A stretch of DNA of 64,000 nt from Candidatus Cloacimonadota bacterium (GCA_029565535.1 JAKQNZ010000168.1:4635-68634), one strand, 5' to 3'. Shown: positions 34,317 through 44,112, counted from the first letter of the stretch. The notes: generated by a model from the letters alone, not told the origin. Numbers and translations are program-made.

Positions 34317-36050
34317 TTACTTCATCAGAACCATTTTCTTGGTGCTGCTGTAAGTACCTGATTTTAAACGGAAATAGTAGATACCGCTGGAAACGCTGAG
34401 ACCGCTGTCGTCAGTTCCATTCCAGACAAGGCTGTTGTTGCCTTTGCTGGCTATGGGCAGATCAAAAGTGCGTACAGCCTGGCCTTTTTGGTTGTATATG
34501 GTTACTGTGGCAGGAGCCGGTTTGTTCATCGAGAAACTGATCGTAGTTTCAGGATTGAAGGGATTGGGATAATTGCCTTTCAGAACTATGCCGGCAGGGC
34601 TCAGTACGTCATCTTCGTTAGCGCTGGGATTGAAATCGGCCAGCATGCGGGGAGTTATCTGGGCGGTTGTATTGTATTGGGTTACGATGCAATACATGTT
34701 GAAATTGCCTGTGTGAATCGGAGTTCCGATATAATCTGCATCACTGAATTGAGTGCGCAACGTGATGGAACCGGTGCTGTCCAGCAGGTTGTAGCTGGTT
34801 TGTGCGGCATAATCGCCAGTGGCGTTTTCATAATGAACTCCGTTCAACCTAACCAGTTGGGATTGGTACATCTCCATATTGGCGTTGAGGTCGGCGACAG
34901 TAACTACCTGAGGAACGATCACATTGCCAGTGGAAGAAGCCTGAGGGGTATTCATTGTAGGCCAGAATTGCAACATGCCAGTGGTATAGCGGCTGAGAGT
35001 GCCGGTAATTCCGGTGATGCCATCACCAATATTATAGTTGGTGGTAATGATTCCTGGATAATCGTCGATCAGGATTGCACCAGTGGCATCCTGGATAAAC
35101 TTCTGATGACGCCAGTTTTGCTGCATGGTAAGGATCACTTCATTTGAAAGGTGATAAACGGTAGTTCCGTCAGCCTGAGCAGCCCGAAGAGCCGCGATGC
35201 TTGTCATCATAACCGGGAAGGTATAGGTAGCGCTGGCGGTATAGGATGGGTCCATGCCGGTGGCAAAGGTTTTGGCTTTGATGGTTGTAGTGGCCGAAAT
35301 CGCGATCGGTGCGCTGTATTGAGTGGAAGTGGCGCTTGGTTCGCTGCCATCAGTTGTATAGCGGATCACTCCGTTTGCAGTGGTGGTAGCCAGGGTTACG
35401 TTGATCGGAGAGCTGTAAACGCCAGCCGCTGGATCGAAGGTAGGAGATGCGGCCTGCTGAGCTCCGGGATTGAAAGAATGTTGACCCAGATTGTCGATGT
35501 AATCCTGAGGATGCACGATCCATTCTGAGTTATCAATAGTTGTACCCGCTCCAGCGATCCAATCGGTATTGCCTTGCGTAATGGTTGGTTTGCGGATAAT
35601 GGTGTGATTCAGGGTAGCCCCATCGGTTCCGGCAACGGGCCAGGCAGTTCCTGGGTCTTGAAGATAAACTCCGATTGCATCGATCAGAGTATCACCCTGG
35701 AAAAGGCCAAGAGCATCATCGCCATTGAAATAGGTAACTGTGGAGGTCACATTTGCCACAGCCAGGATTGCAGCGCTGGCGGCTGAATTGGCAATAACAT
35801 ATACGTCGCCGTCATCCAATATCCCGCTCATGGTAAGGATATTGGTTGTGCTCCATTCTCCTCCGTTGGAACCAAGTTTCACAGTATATCCGGAAAGATC
35901 GATAGGATCTCCGGTGCCATTGAAGATTTCGATTGCTTTGTTATTGCTGGCACCTTCCACATATTCCGAGAAAAATAGGTTGGCGGCCTGGGCAAACATG
36001 GCTACCGTGGCAGCCATCAGGACAAGCAGGGTTAGGGTTTTTTTGATCAT
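34317..36050 (-). CDS. Secreted lamin-tail-domain (LTD) protein with a chitobiase/Fn3-associated motif and a T9SS-type C-terminal sorting domain
   Basis: Chosen start gives the signal peptide 'MIKKTLTLLVLMAATVAMFAQA'. 'LFFSEYVEGASNNKAIEIFNGTGDPIDLSGY' is LTD-like, plus 'IRYTTDGSEPS'. C-terminus 'NYPNPFNPETTISF...GIYYFRL...KKMVLMK'. Confidence 0.65.
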   Translation of the reverse strand: MIKKTLTLLVLMAATVAMFAQAANLFFSEYVEGASNNKAIEIFNGTGDPIDLSGYTVKLGSNGGEWSTTNILTMSGILDDGDVYVIANSAASAAILAVANVTSTVTYFNGDDALGLFQGDTLIDAIGVYLQDPGTAWPVAGTDGATLNHTIIRKPTITQGNTDWIAGAGTTIDNSEWIVHPQDYIDNLGQHSFNPGAQQAASPTFDPAAGVYSSPINVTLATTTANGVIRYTTDGSEPSATSTQYSAPIAISATTTIKAKTFATGMDPSYTASATYTFPVMMTSIAALRAAQADGTTVYHLSNEVILTMQQNWRHQKFIQDATGAILIDDYPGIITTNYNIGDGITGITGTLSRYTTGMLQFWPTMNTPQASSTGNVIVPQVVTVADLNANMEMYQSQLVRLNGVHYENATGDYAAQTSYNLLDSTGSITLRTQFSDADYIGTPIHTGNFNMYCIVTQYNTTAQITPRMLADFNPSANEDDVLSPAGIVLKGNYPNPFNPETTISFSMNKPAPATVTIYNQKGQAVRTFDLPIASKGNNSLVWNGTDDSGLSVSSGIYYFRLKSGTYSSTKKMVLMK

Positions 36051-36052
36051 GA

Positions 36053-36853
36053 TTACCTCACTTTTAGTAAAAATTCCAATGCACAATATACAAACGATCC
36101 TGCCAGCAGGACGCTATCTGTTCTGTCTAAAATCCCCCCGTGCCCGGGGATCAGATTTGAGCTGTCTTTTACGTTACAATACCTTTTCAGCATGGATTCC
36201 ACCAAATCACCAAGCTGGCCAAATACGCCCGCTGCAAAAGCGATTATCAGCAAATGGCCCAATGGCAAAACCTGGGGATAGAACACCGATAATATAATCG
36301 CAATCACCCAAGGAGCAAACACTCCAGCAATGAAGCCTTCGGCAGATTTGCGCGGGCTAACTGCAGTTATATTACGGTTCTTGCCAAACTTCATACCAAC
36401 GAAATAGGCTATCGAATCCACTATCCAGATCATCAGAATTAAGGCAAGTAAAATTTTCTCTTGGGGATATTGTAAGCCGATCCTTACTGTAAATGCCGGC
36501 AAAACGGCGGTATAAACCAAGCCAAATAAAGCAGCAAAGAGCTTCGGTATTGAATGCTCACCGCTCCAACCGGCTAATGCTTCCAGCAGACCGATCAATA
36601 AAATTGCCCACAGCACAAGCGACTCGAATTCAGGAAAAGCCAGCAACAGAATATAGCTCAGGCTACTAAGGCCAATCCAGTGATAACCGATTTGTATCCC
36701 CTTGTTTCGCATCATTTTCAGATACTCATAGCTACCCATGGAAGCTACGCTGAAAAATGCTATCATCAAAGGCACTCCCCCATAAGTAAGGGCGAATATC
36801 GCTAGGGGAATCAGGGAAATCGCCACCAAAATTCGGGTGTGCATTTCACGCAC
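36053..36853 (-). CDS. cdsA: Phosphatidate cytidylyltransferase
   Basis: C-terminal signature 'SMLKRYCNVKDSSNLIPGHGGILDRTDS'. Confidence 0.85.
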   Translation of the reverse strand: MREMHTRILVAISLIPLAIFALTYGGVPLMIAFFSVASMGSYEYLKMMRNKGIQIGYHWIGLSSLSYILLLAFPEFESLVLWAILLIGLLEALAGWSGEHSIPKLFAALFGLVYTAVLPAFTVRIGLQYPQEKILLALILMIWIVDSIAYFVGMKFGKNRNITAVSPRKSAEGFIAGVFAPWVIAIILSVFYPQVLPLGHLLIIAFAAGVFGQLGDLVESMLKRYCNVKDSSNLIPGHGGILDRTDSVLLAGSFVYCALEFLLKVR

Positions 36854-37588
36854 TTATCTTCCTCCGAAGCGTCGCTGTCTGCCTGCATAATCCAGCAAGG
36901 CCTTGATCAGTTCAAGCTTGTCAAAATCCGGCCAAAGGGTGTCGGTTACATAAATCTCGGCATAAGCGGACTGCCAGAGAAGGAAGTTGGATAACCGGTA
37001 TTCGCCGCTGGTCCGGATTATCAAATCCGGATCAGGCTGGCCTGCAGTATAGAGATAAGCTCCAAAGTTCTCAGGACTTAGCGTTTCCAATGATTCAGGA
37101 GAAGACTGCATCAGCTTTTTGAAGCCGTCGATGATTTCCAAGCGGCCTCCGTAGTTAAAGGCAAAGTTTACCACCATCCCTGTATTTTGATGCGTTACCT
37201 CAACAGTTCTGCTTACTTCTTTCCAGTAATCCGGGTCTAAGCCAACTGCTGTGCCAATGAACTGAGCGTAGATGTTTTGCTCCATCATCTCGGGAATCTG
37301 CTTTTTCAGGCGTTCCTTCAGCAAGCGTAACAGGCCATTCACCTCTTCGGCAGGCCGGTTCCAGTTTTCGGTGGAAAAGGCATAAAAAGTAAGATGTTCA
37401 AGCTTCAGTTCGACCCCCAGTTCCACCACCTGGCGCAGAGCTTTGGCCCCAGCCTGATGACCAAACAGATGAGGCCGGTTACGCTGTTTTGCCCAGCGGC
37501 CATTGCCGTCCATGATAATCCCGATATGGCGGGGTAGCTTGCCTGGATCCAGGTATTGTAAAAGCTGTTTATAGTCTTTCTTAGCCAT
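36854..37588 (-). CDS. uppS: Isoprenyl transferase (undecaprenyl-diphosphate synthase)
   Basis: 'HIGIIMDGNGRWA', 'LIIRTSGEYRLSNFLLWQSAYAE', 'RQRRFGG'. Confidence 0.9.
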   Translation of the reverse strand: MAKKDYKQLLQYLDPGKLPRHIGIIMDGNGRWAKQRNRPHLFGHQAGAKALRQVVELGVELKLEHLTFYAFSTENWNRPAEEVNGLLRLLKERLKKQIPEMMEQNIYAQFIGTAVGLDPDYWKEVSRTVEVTHQNTGMVVNFAFNYGGRLEIIDGFKKLMQSSPESLETLSPENFGAYLYTAGQPDPDLIIRTSGEYRLSNFLLWQSAYAEIYVTDTLWPDFDKLELIKALLDYAGRQRRFGGR

Positions 37589-38697
37589 TTAGCCTCAAGC
37601 TGGCTGCATACTTCAGCCAAGCATAGATAAAGCCGTCCAGATCGCCGTCCATTACTTTGTTCACCTGTCCGCTTTCGTAGTTCGTACGCAGGTCTTTTAC
37701 CATCTGATACGGTTGAAATACGTAAGAACGAATCTGATTTCCCCAGCCGATTTCAGTTTTGGTGCTTTCCAGGTTTTTCTTTTCTTTATCCCGTTGCTCT
37801 TCGTAGTATTGATAGAGGCGGCTTTTAAGGATATTCATCGCTTTTTCGCGGTTTTGAATCTGGCTGCGTTCATTTTGGCAGCTAACCACAATATTGGTTG
37901 GCAGATGCGTGATCCGTACCGCGGAATCTGTGGTATTTACATGCTGCCCACCCGCTCCACTACTGCGGTAGGTATCTATTTTCAAATCTTTGGAGTCTAT
38001 CTCGATTTCCAGGTCCTCATCGAACTCAGGATACACAAACACCGAGGCAAAGGAGGTCTGCCGTTTTCCCTGAGCGTTGAAAGGGCTCATCCTTACCAAC
38101 CTGTGGATGCCGATTTCACTTTTTAAGAGACCATAGGCAAAGTTTCCGCTGATTTCCACACTAACGCTTTTCAGTCCTGCCTCTTCCCCGGCCAACGAAT
38201 CGATAACCGTGAAGCCAAAACCATTATTTTCAGCCCAGCGGGAGTACATTCTCAGCAGCATTTCAGCCCAATCCTGAGCTTCCGTACCGCCAGCTCCGGC
38301 GTGAATGGAAAACAGAGCATCGTTATGATCGTATTTGTCATTAAGATAGCATTCTATCTCAGCCTTTTCGATAAAACTGCGGATCCGGGGCAATTCAGCC
38401 ACAGCTTCCTCAAAGAGAGCCTGATTGAAATCTTCTTCCAGGAGCAACTGGTAGGTTTCCAGTTCCCCTTTCACTTCGTCCAGCTTGTTTATGTGACTGA
38501 TTTCTTCTCTGATCTGGGAAAGTTGTTTTGAGATTTTCTTAGCGCTTTGCTGATCGTTCCAAAAGCTTGGTTCGTTCATTTTCGCTTCCAATTCGGAAGC
38601 AGTTTTCAGCTTTGGTTCCGGATCAAAGTAACCTCCGAATCTCGGAGATTTGCACTATCATTTCGTTAGCGGCTTTTTTATAATCTGCGTATTCCAT
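37581..38697 (-). CDS. prfB: Peptide chain release factor 2, with a programmed +1 frameshift at 38625
   Basis: Frame 0 reads 'MEYADYKKAANEMIVQISEIRRLL' then TGA. The site is 'GGAGG-TTA-CTT-TGA-T'. The +1 frame continues 'DPEPKLKTASELEAKMNEP...' through 'SPF' and 'GGQ' ('SGAGGQHVN'). Confidence 0.9.
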
Positions 38698-38876
38698 TGT
38701 TCACCTTATAGTTAGTGTTTATTATCAAATCTTTGGGTATGCGCTGCATGTCAAGCGCAAAATTCATAAGTTGCACTCTCTTGCAGTTAACCAGCCAGTT
38801 TACTTCCTTTCGCCATCTCGATTCGCATGTTCCGCCAAGAGAACGAAAAATGCACGAGTATACAGCTTTGGGAGCA

Positions 38877-38989
38877 TCATCCTTGCTCGTCTCATTACTG
38901 CCACTCGTATCCCACCCGAATGCCTCGCATATCCGGTTCGGGAGACATTCGGGAGGAACAGGCGTGGCAGAGCGGTGGCCAGCAAGGAA
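38877..38989. repeat. Dispersed repeat family, copy B (~113 bp, short terminal inverted repeat CATCCTTGCT / AGCAAGGAAG)
   Basis: Aligns by eye with 61142-61256 through the shared blocks 'catccttgct', 'gtatcc(c)acccgaatgcctc', 'cattcgggagg', 'gtggcag' and 'agcaagg'. Confidence 0.55.
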
Positions 38990-39081
38990 GAATCTTAGTC
39001 ATTCTGCGTAGAAATATGAGATCTTCCCTGATGCTATGTAGTGTGTCAGATTAGCAAGCTGTTTACAGGCTGTAAAACGAG

Positions 39082-41208
39082 TTAGGAATTGGAGACTAGG
39101 ATTTCCCGTGAAAGCAATGAATCGTTATGGAATACTTGCATTTCCGCTATTTGTAGCTTGGCATTGATGCTCACGATGATCCGCTCGGGATTCAGATATC
39201 TCTCGAAGCTAATCTCGTCCCCGACCCCCACCAGGAATCTGAAGCTGCCCTCAGAAAAAGCAGGATGGTTCTTCCTCAGCCTGATCATCCGGCGATAAAA
39301 CTCCCGAAGACCCTCTGCACTGGGATCTTCTGCGTATCTCCAGTTAAAGGGCCTGCGATTGTCGGGATCCTTCCCTCCCCCCATGGCTATCTCGTCGCCA
39401 TAATAGATATGAGGACTACCCAAAAAGCACATCTGAAAAACTACTGCCATTTTCAGTCTGGCTATATCCCCTTTACATACTTCGTACAGACGCAGGGTGT
39501 CATGGCTTCCCAAGAGATTCATCATGGACTGCACTGCTCGGAATGGATACAAAGCCAGGCCGGTTTCGATTTGTTCCCTGAATTGATTTTTACTTATCAA
39601 CCCGTGAACGAAGAAATCCAGAACGGGATTTTTGAAGCTGGCATAGTTCATCACTGAATCAAAATAGCGGTGAGATATCCAGTTTATGGCATCGAACCAG
39701 ATTTCTCCCACGATCCAGGCATCGGGTTTTGCTTCCTTCACTTCCCTGCGAAACAGCTCCCAAAACCAGAATGGGACTTCATCGGGAACGTCGAGCCTGA
39801 AGCCATCTATACCGATCTCCAGCAGCCACCACCGAACGGTGGACAGCAAATAATCTACCAAGGCAGCATTGGGACGGGCTTCCTTGATATTTCGGATGGC
39901 GTTTTCCTCGGGATGGGGACGACTGAGGTCAAAATTCAGATCGGGCATGTCCTTGATGCCCCACCAGCATTGATAATACTCTTTCGGTTTAAAATCCGGC
40001 GGCAAGGGCTTTGGCAGAGGCCACTTTTTCCAGTCGTACCAATTCCAGTAATCAGATTGGGAGCCTTTCTCCACGCAATCTCTAAAAGCCCAAAAGGTCT
40101 CACCAGTATGGTTGAAGGCCACATCCAGGATTATCCTGATGCCTTTATTATGTGCCCTGGCTACGAAATCCTGCATCTCTTCCGTAGTGGCAAACTGGGG
40201 ATCGATGCTGTGATAATCGGCGCTGTCGTATTTATGATTTGATTTTGCCTGCCAAAGGGGATTGAAATAGATGATCGTTATCCCCAAATCCTGCAGATAA
40301 TCCAGTTTGCTTTGCACACCTGGAATATCGCCGCCATAAAAAGACCACCAGTCAGGTTTTCCTACCGGCTGCCAGGGACTCTGCTTTAAGCCGTCTATCT
40401 CGTACCAGTTTTCCACAAAATGAAAATACTCCTGCTCCGCCCTAAGGTACTCTCCCTCGGGAGGGGGAGTTTTGCAATCCTTGTAATACCATTGGCTAAA
40501 ATTGGGATTTTTGCTGGTATCGCCATTGCAAAAACGATCGGGAAAGATCTGGTAGATAACTCCCTTTCTAACCCAGTCTGGAATCTGGAAAACCGGCAAT
40601 TGATCCGGCGTTAGCTGAAAACAATCTGGTGTGTCGGAAGAAAGCCTTACGCCCTGCCTGTCGAAAACCAGAGTATCCTTCCCATACTTCAGCGAAACAT
40701 AGTAGATGGTCATTTGTCCTGGTAATAGTGAAAACATACAATGGTACACTTCGCGGATCGCTGTTTTCCCGATCCGCTCCAGGCTTATCTGTTGGCCGTC
40801 AAGATGCAGGATAATGCTTTCGGCCCTCTCGATGTACCAGGAAAAACGCAGTTCATATTCTCCTGCACCGTAGTTCACCAGTTTGATATAGCTTTCTGCC
40901 GGTTTGTGCTTCGCCAGGGCTACTATCTCATCCCAAGCAAGCTCAGGCAGAGATTCGCTAATCTCCAGAATAGAATTGAATCCCCCATAAGGATCAGGTT
41001 CGCGATCTGGATTTGCCGGGTCTGCCATCCACACACCATCCACGATCAGTTTATACCGGTATAGGCCTGGAGCCAAGTCTAGGAATAAATTGTAGATTCC
41101 GGCGTTCTCTTCAAGATCCATGATCTCCCAGCCCGAAAAATCGCCGGTAATCCCGACGGTATGCATTCCAGCAGTCAAAGGAGCATAGCTGAAGCGCTGC
41201 AAAGGCAT
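39082..41208 (-). CDS. GH13 alpha-amylase-family glycoside hydrolase with an N-terminal CBM48/AMPK1-type glycogen-binding module
   Basis: 'VGITGDFSGWE...YRYKLIVDGVWMADPANP' (CBM48), 'DVAFNHTG', 'GFRLDVPDEV', 'VGEIW', 'LLGSHD' (GH13 regions I-IV). Confidence 0.8.
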   Translation of the reverse strand: MPLQRFSYAPLTAGMHTVGITGDFSGWEIMDLEENAGIYNLFLDLAPGLYRYKLIVDGVWMADPANPDREPDPYGGFNSILEISESLPELAWDEIVALAKHKPAESYIKLVNYGAGEYELRFSWYIERAESIILHLDGQQISLERIGKTAIREVYHCMFSLLPGQMTIYYVSLKYGKDTLVFDRQGVRLSSDTPDCFQLTPDQLPVFQIPDWVRKGVIYQIFPDRFCNGDTSKNPNFSQWYYKDCKTPPPEGEYLRAEQEYFHFVENWYEIDGLKQSPWQPVGKPDWWSFYGGDIPGVQSKLDYLQDLGITIIYFNPLWQAKSNHKYDSADYHSIDPQFATTEEMQDFVARAHNKGIRIILDVAFNHTGETFWAFRDCVEKGSQSDYWNWYDWKKWPLPKPLPPDFKPKEYYQCWWGIKDMPDLNFDLSRPHPEENAIRNIKEARPNAALVDYLLSTVRWWLLEIGIDGFRLDVPDEVPFWFWELFRREVKEAKPDAWIVGEIWFDAINWISHRYFDSVMNYASFKNPVLDFFVHGLISKNQFREQIETGLALYPFRAVQSMMNLLGSHDTLRLYEVCKGDIARLKMAVVFQMCFLGSPHIYYGDEIAMGGGKDPDNRRPFNWRYAEDPSAEGLREFYRRMIRLRKNHPAFSEGSFRFLVGVGDEISFERYLNPERIIVSINAKLQIAEMQVFHNDSLLSREILVSNS

Positions 41209-44112
41209 TTAATCTACCTGTTTAGGCCTTTTCTTTCTGGGTTTGGATACAGGTTTTACGCTTTCGTCTGGATGGCTCTTCTCCCGGTGAAACAAATGCT
41301 TCTGAAGATGAAAGCCTGTAGAAGAATCCGGACAATTCATCAGTTCTTCCGGAGTTCCGCAAAAGATGATTCTGCCTCCTTCTTCTCCACCCTCCGGGCC
41401 AAGATCGATTACCCAGTCCGCACTTTTTATCACATCCAGATTATGCTCGATCACGACGACAGTATTGCCCATTACCACCAGTTTTTTCAGCACGGAAAGC
41501 AGCTTGTTTATGTCGTCGAAGTGCAATCCGGTGGTAGGTTCGTCCAGCAGGTAAAGAGTATTGCCTGTAGATACCTTGCTCAGTTCTCTGGATAGCTTGA
41601 TTCTCTGAGCTTCACCTCCCGAAAGAGTGGTGGAGCTTTGCCCCAGCTTTATGTAATCCAGGCCAACCTCTTGCAGAGTGAGTAGTCTCTGACGGATGGA
41701 GGGCACCGCATCGAAGAAATCTATGGCCTCCTGAACATCCATATCAAGTATTTCTGCTATGTTTTTACCTTTGTATCGAATGGAAAGAGTTTCATGGTTG
41801 TATCGCATGCCTTTGCAAACTTCGCAGGTTACATAGATGTCGGCCATAAAATGCATTTCGATCTGTTTCACGCCCGCTCCTTCACATGCTTCACAGCGTC
41901 CGCCTTTCACATTGAACGAGAATCGCCCGGGTTTATAACCGCGCATTTTGGAAGCCGGCAATTGGGCAAAGAGGTTGCGGATAGGATCGAATAGCTTGAT
42001 GTAGGTGCTTGGGTTGGATCGGGGTGTTCTGCCTATAGGCTGTTGATCGATGCTGATAATCTTGTCGATATGCTCAACTCCCGTAATAGTATCCATCTTG
42101 CCAACTTTGTGCGAAGTTCGGAAAAAGTGATTGTGAAGATAGGGATAAAGAGTTTGATTGATCAGGCTGCTTTTACCGCTTCCAGAAACCCCGGTTATAC
42201 AAACAAAGAGACCCAAAGGGATATCAACGTCAAGGTTTTTAAGGTTGTTGTGCCTGGCGCGGACTATCCGCAAAAACCGCTCATCGGGCTTTATCCTCTT
42301 GTGGGGAGTGGGAATCTGCATTTTTCCTGCAAGATAGGAGCCGGTTAACGAATCCTCATTGTCCATGATCTCTTTTATGGTTCCCTGCGCCACGATTTCA
42401 CCGCCATAGATTCCTGCCTTGGGGCCGAAATCCACAATCTGATCAGCACAGCGCATCGTGTCTTCATCATGTTCAACAACGATCACGGTATTTCCCAGGT
42501 CTCTTAGCTGCAGCAGCATATTCACCAATTTGCTGTTATCACGTTGGTGCAAACCGATGCTGGGTTCATCCAGGATGTACATTACACCCACAAGTTGACT
42601 GCCTATCTGCGAGGCAAGTCTGATTCTCTGAGCTTCCCCACCGGAAAGGGTGGGAGAGCGTCTGTCCAAACTTAGGTAGTGCAATCCAACGCTGAGCAGG
42701 AATCCCAGCCGGTTGAGAACTTCCTTCAACACTTCCTGGGCGATGATAAGCTTGTTTCCGCTAAGCTGGAGGCTTGAAAAGAAGTCGTGAGCTGCACGGA
42801 TGCTGAGCGCGGTAACATCTCCGATATTCAAACCATCTATCTTGACAGCCAGGGAAGATGGCTTCAGTTTTTTCCCATTGCAATCCGGACATGGTTTGTC
42901 GCTGATATACTGCATGTAGTAGCGTCGCATCTCCTCAGAACTGGTTTCATGCATTCTTCTTTCCAATTGGGGAATGATGCCTTCGAAACGCATCATGAAT
43001 TCGCCGCTGCCACGTTCATTTTGCCAGGCGATTTTGAATTTTTTGCCTTTGGAACCATACAGAATAAGCTGTTTGGCGATATCCGGCAACTGATACCAGG
43101 GTGTGGTGAGCGAAAAATTATAGGCTCTGGCCAGATTGCGAACGGTATTCAGGGTCCAGCTATCCTGCTTGGCCTCAAGTTTTCCCCAAGCGGCGATTGC
43201 CCCTTCCATAATGCTCAATTCAGGGTCTGGAACCACCAAATCCGGATCGAACTCCAGTTTGTATCCCAGCCCATTACAGGTAGGACAAGCTCCGATCGGA
43301 CTATTGAAGGAAAAACTTTGCGGCGAAAGCTCTTCAAAGCCGATATTACAATGCGCACAGGCATTTTGAGCCGAGAGAACCTGTATTTCATTACTCTCGG
43401 TAAAGTCCAGCTTGACGACTCCTTCCGTGAGCTTCAAGGCGAGCTCGAGGGAATCGGCTAAACGGCTTTCGATACCTTCTTTGATCACAATGCGGTCAAC
43501 CACCACATCGATGTTGTGTTTGGATTTCTTGTCCAGGATGATTTCCTCGTCCAAACTGCGCACCACTCCGTTTATCATGACCCGCACAAAGCCTTCCTGT
43601 CTGAGCTGCTCCAATTCATCCTTATGCTCTCCTTTGCGGTTTTGCACCAAAGGAGCCAGGATCTGCAGCTTGGTACCCGAAGGGCTCGCCATAAGGTGTT
43701 CGATCATCTGATCTACGGTTTGCGAACCTACCGGTTCACCGCAATTGTGGCAATACTGCTTGCCTATCCGGGCAAAAAGCACACGCAGATAATCGTATAT
43801 CTCGGTAACCGTTCCAACTGTGGAACGGGGATTCTTGCTGGCTGACTTTTGTTCGATCGAGATGGCCGGAGACAGACCCTCAATATAATCTACCCTGGGT
43901 TTCTCCATTTGTCCCAAAAACTGCCTTGCATAAGCAGACAGAGATTCTACATAGCGTCTTTGCCCTTCCGCATAAAGGGTGTCGAAAGCCAATGAGGATT
44001 TGCCCGAACCTGAAACGCCGGTAAAAACCACAAGCTGGTTACGGGGAATCCTGAGGTCTATATTCTTTAAGTTATGTTCCTGTGCACCTTTAATGAGTAT
44101 TTCTGTCTTCAC
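41209..44112 (-). CDS. uvrA: Excinuclease ABC subunit A
   Basis: 'IKGAQEHNLKNIDLRIPRNQLVVFTGVSGSGKSSLAFDTLYAEGQRRYVESLS', zinc-finger Cys clusters and a second ABC module. Confidence 0.97.
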   Translation of the reverse strand: MKTEILIKGAQEHNLKNIDLRIPRNQLVVFTGVSGSGKSSLAFDTLYAEGQRRYVESLSAYARQFLGQMEKPRVDYIEGLSPAISIEQKSASKNPRSTVGTVTEIYDYLRVLFARIGKQYCHNCGEPVGSQTVDQMIEHLMASPSGTKLQILAPLVQNRKGEHKDELEQLRQEGFVRVMINGVVRSLDEEIILDKKSKHNIDVVVDRIVIKEGIESRLADSLELALKLTEGVVKLDFTESNEIQVLSAQNACAHCNIGFEELSPQSFSFNSPIGACPTCNGLGYKLEFDPDLVVPDPELSIMEGAIAAWGKLEAKQDSWTLNTVRNLARAYNFSLTTPWYQLPDIAKQLILYGSKGKKFKIAWQNERGSGEFMMRFEGIIPQLERRMHETSSEEMRRYYMQYISDKPCPDCNGKKLKPSSLAVKIDGLNIGDVTALSIRAAHDFFSSLQLSGNKLIIAQEVLKEVLNRLGFLLSVGLHYLSLDRRSPTLSGGEAQRIRLASQIGSQLVGVMYILDEPSIGLHQRDNSKLVNMLLQLRDLGNTVIVVEHDEDTMRCADQIVDFGPKAGIYGGEIVAQGTIKEIMDNEDSLTGSYLAGKMQIPTPHKRIKPDERFLRIVRARHNNLKNLDVDIPLGLFVCITGVSGSGKSSLINQTLYPYLHNHFFRTSHKVGKMDTITGVEHIDKIISIDQQPIGRTPRSNPSTYIKLFDPIRNLFAQLPASKMRGYKPGRFSFNVKGGRCEACEGAGVKQIEMHFMADIYVTCEVCKGMRYNHETLSIRYKGKNIAEILDMDVQEAIDFFDAVPSIRQRLLTLQEVGLDYIKLGQSSTTLSGGEAQRIKLSRELSKVSTGNTLYLLDEPTTGLHFDDINKLLSVLKKLVVMGNTVVVIEHNLDVIKSADWVIDLGPEGGEEGGRIIFCGTPEELMNCPDSSTGFHLQKHLFHREKSHPDESVKPVSKPRKKRPKQVD

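Noticed and set aside
38715-39054. Three overlapping 75-98-aa + strand ORFs and a 61-aa minus-strand ORF between prfB and the GH13 gene. Similar ORFs lie at 61029-61322.
   Set aside because: - They are generated by the dispersed repeat element. The shared '...PPECL...FGR...' pseudo-peptides simply reflect the nucleotide repeat.
- They have no RBS.
- Multiple frames are open over the same DNA.
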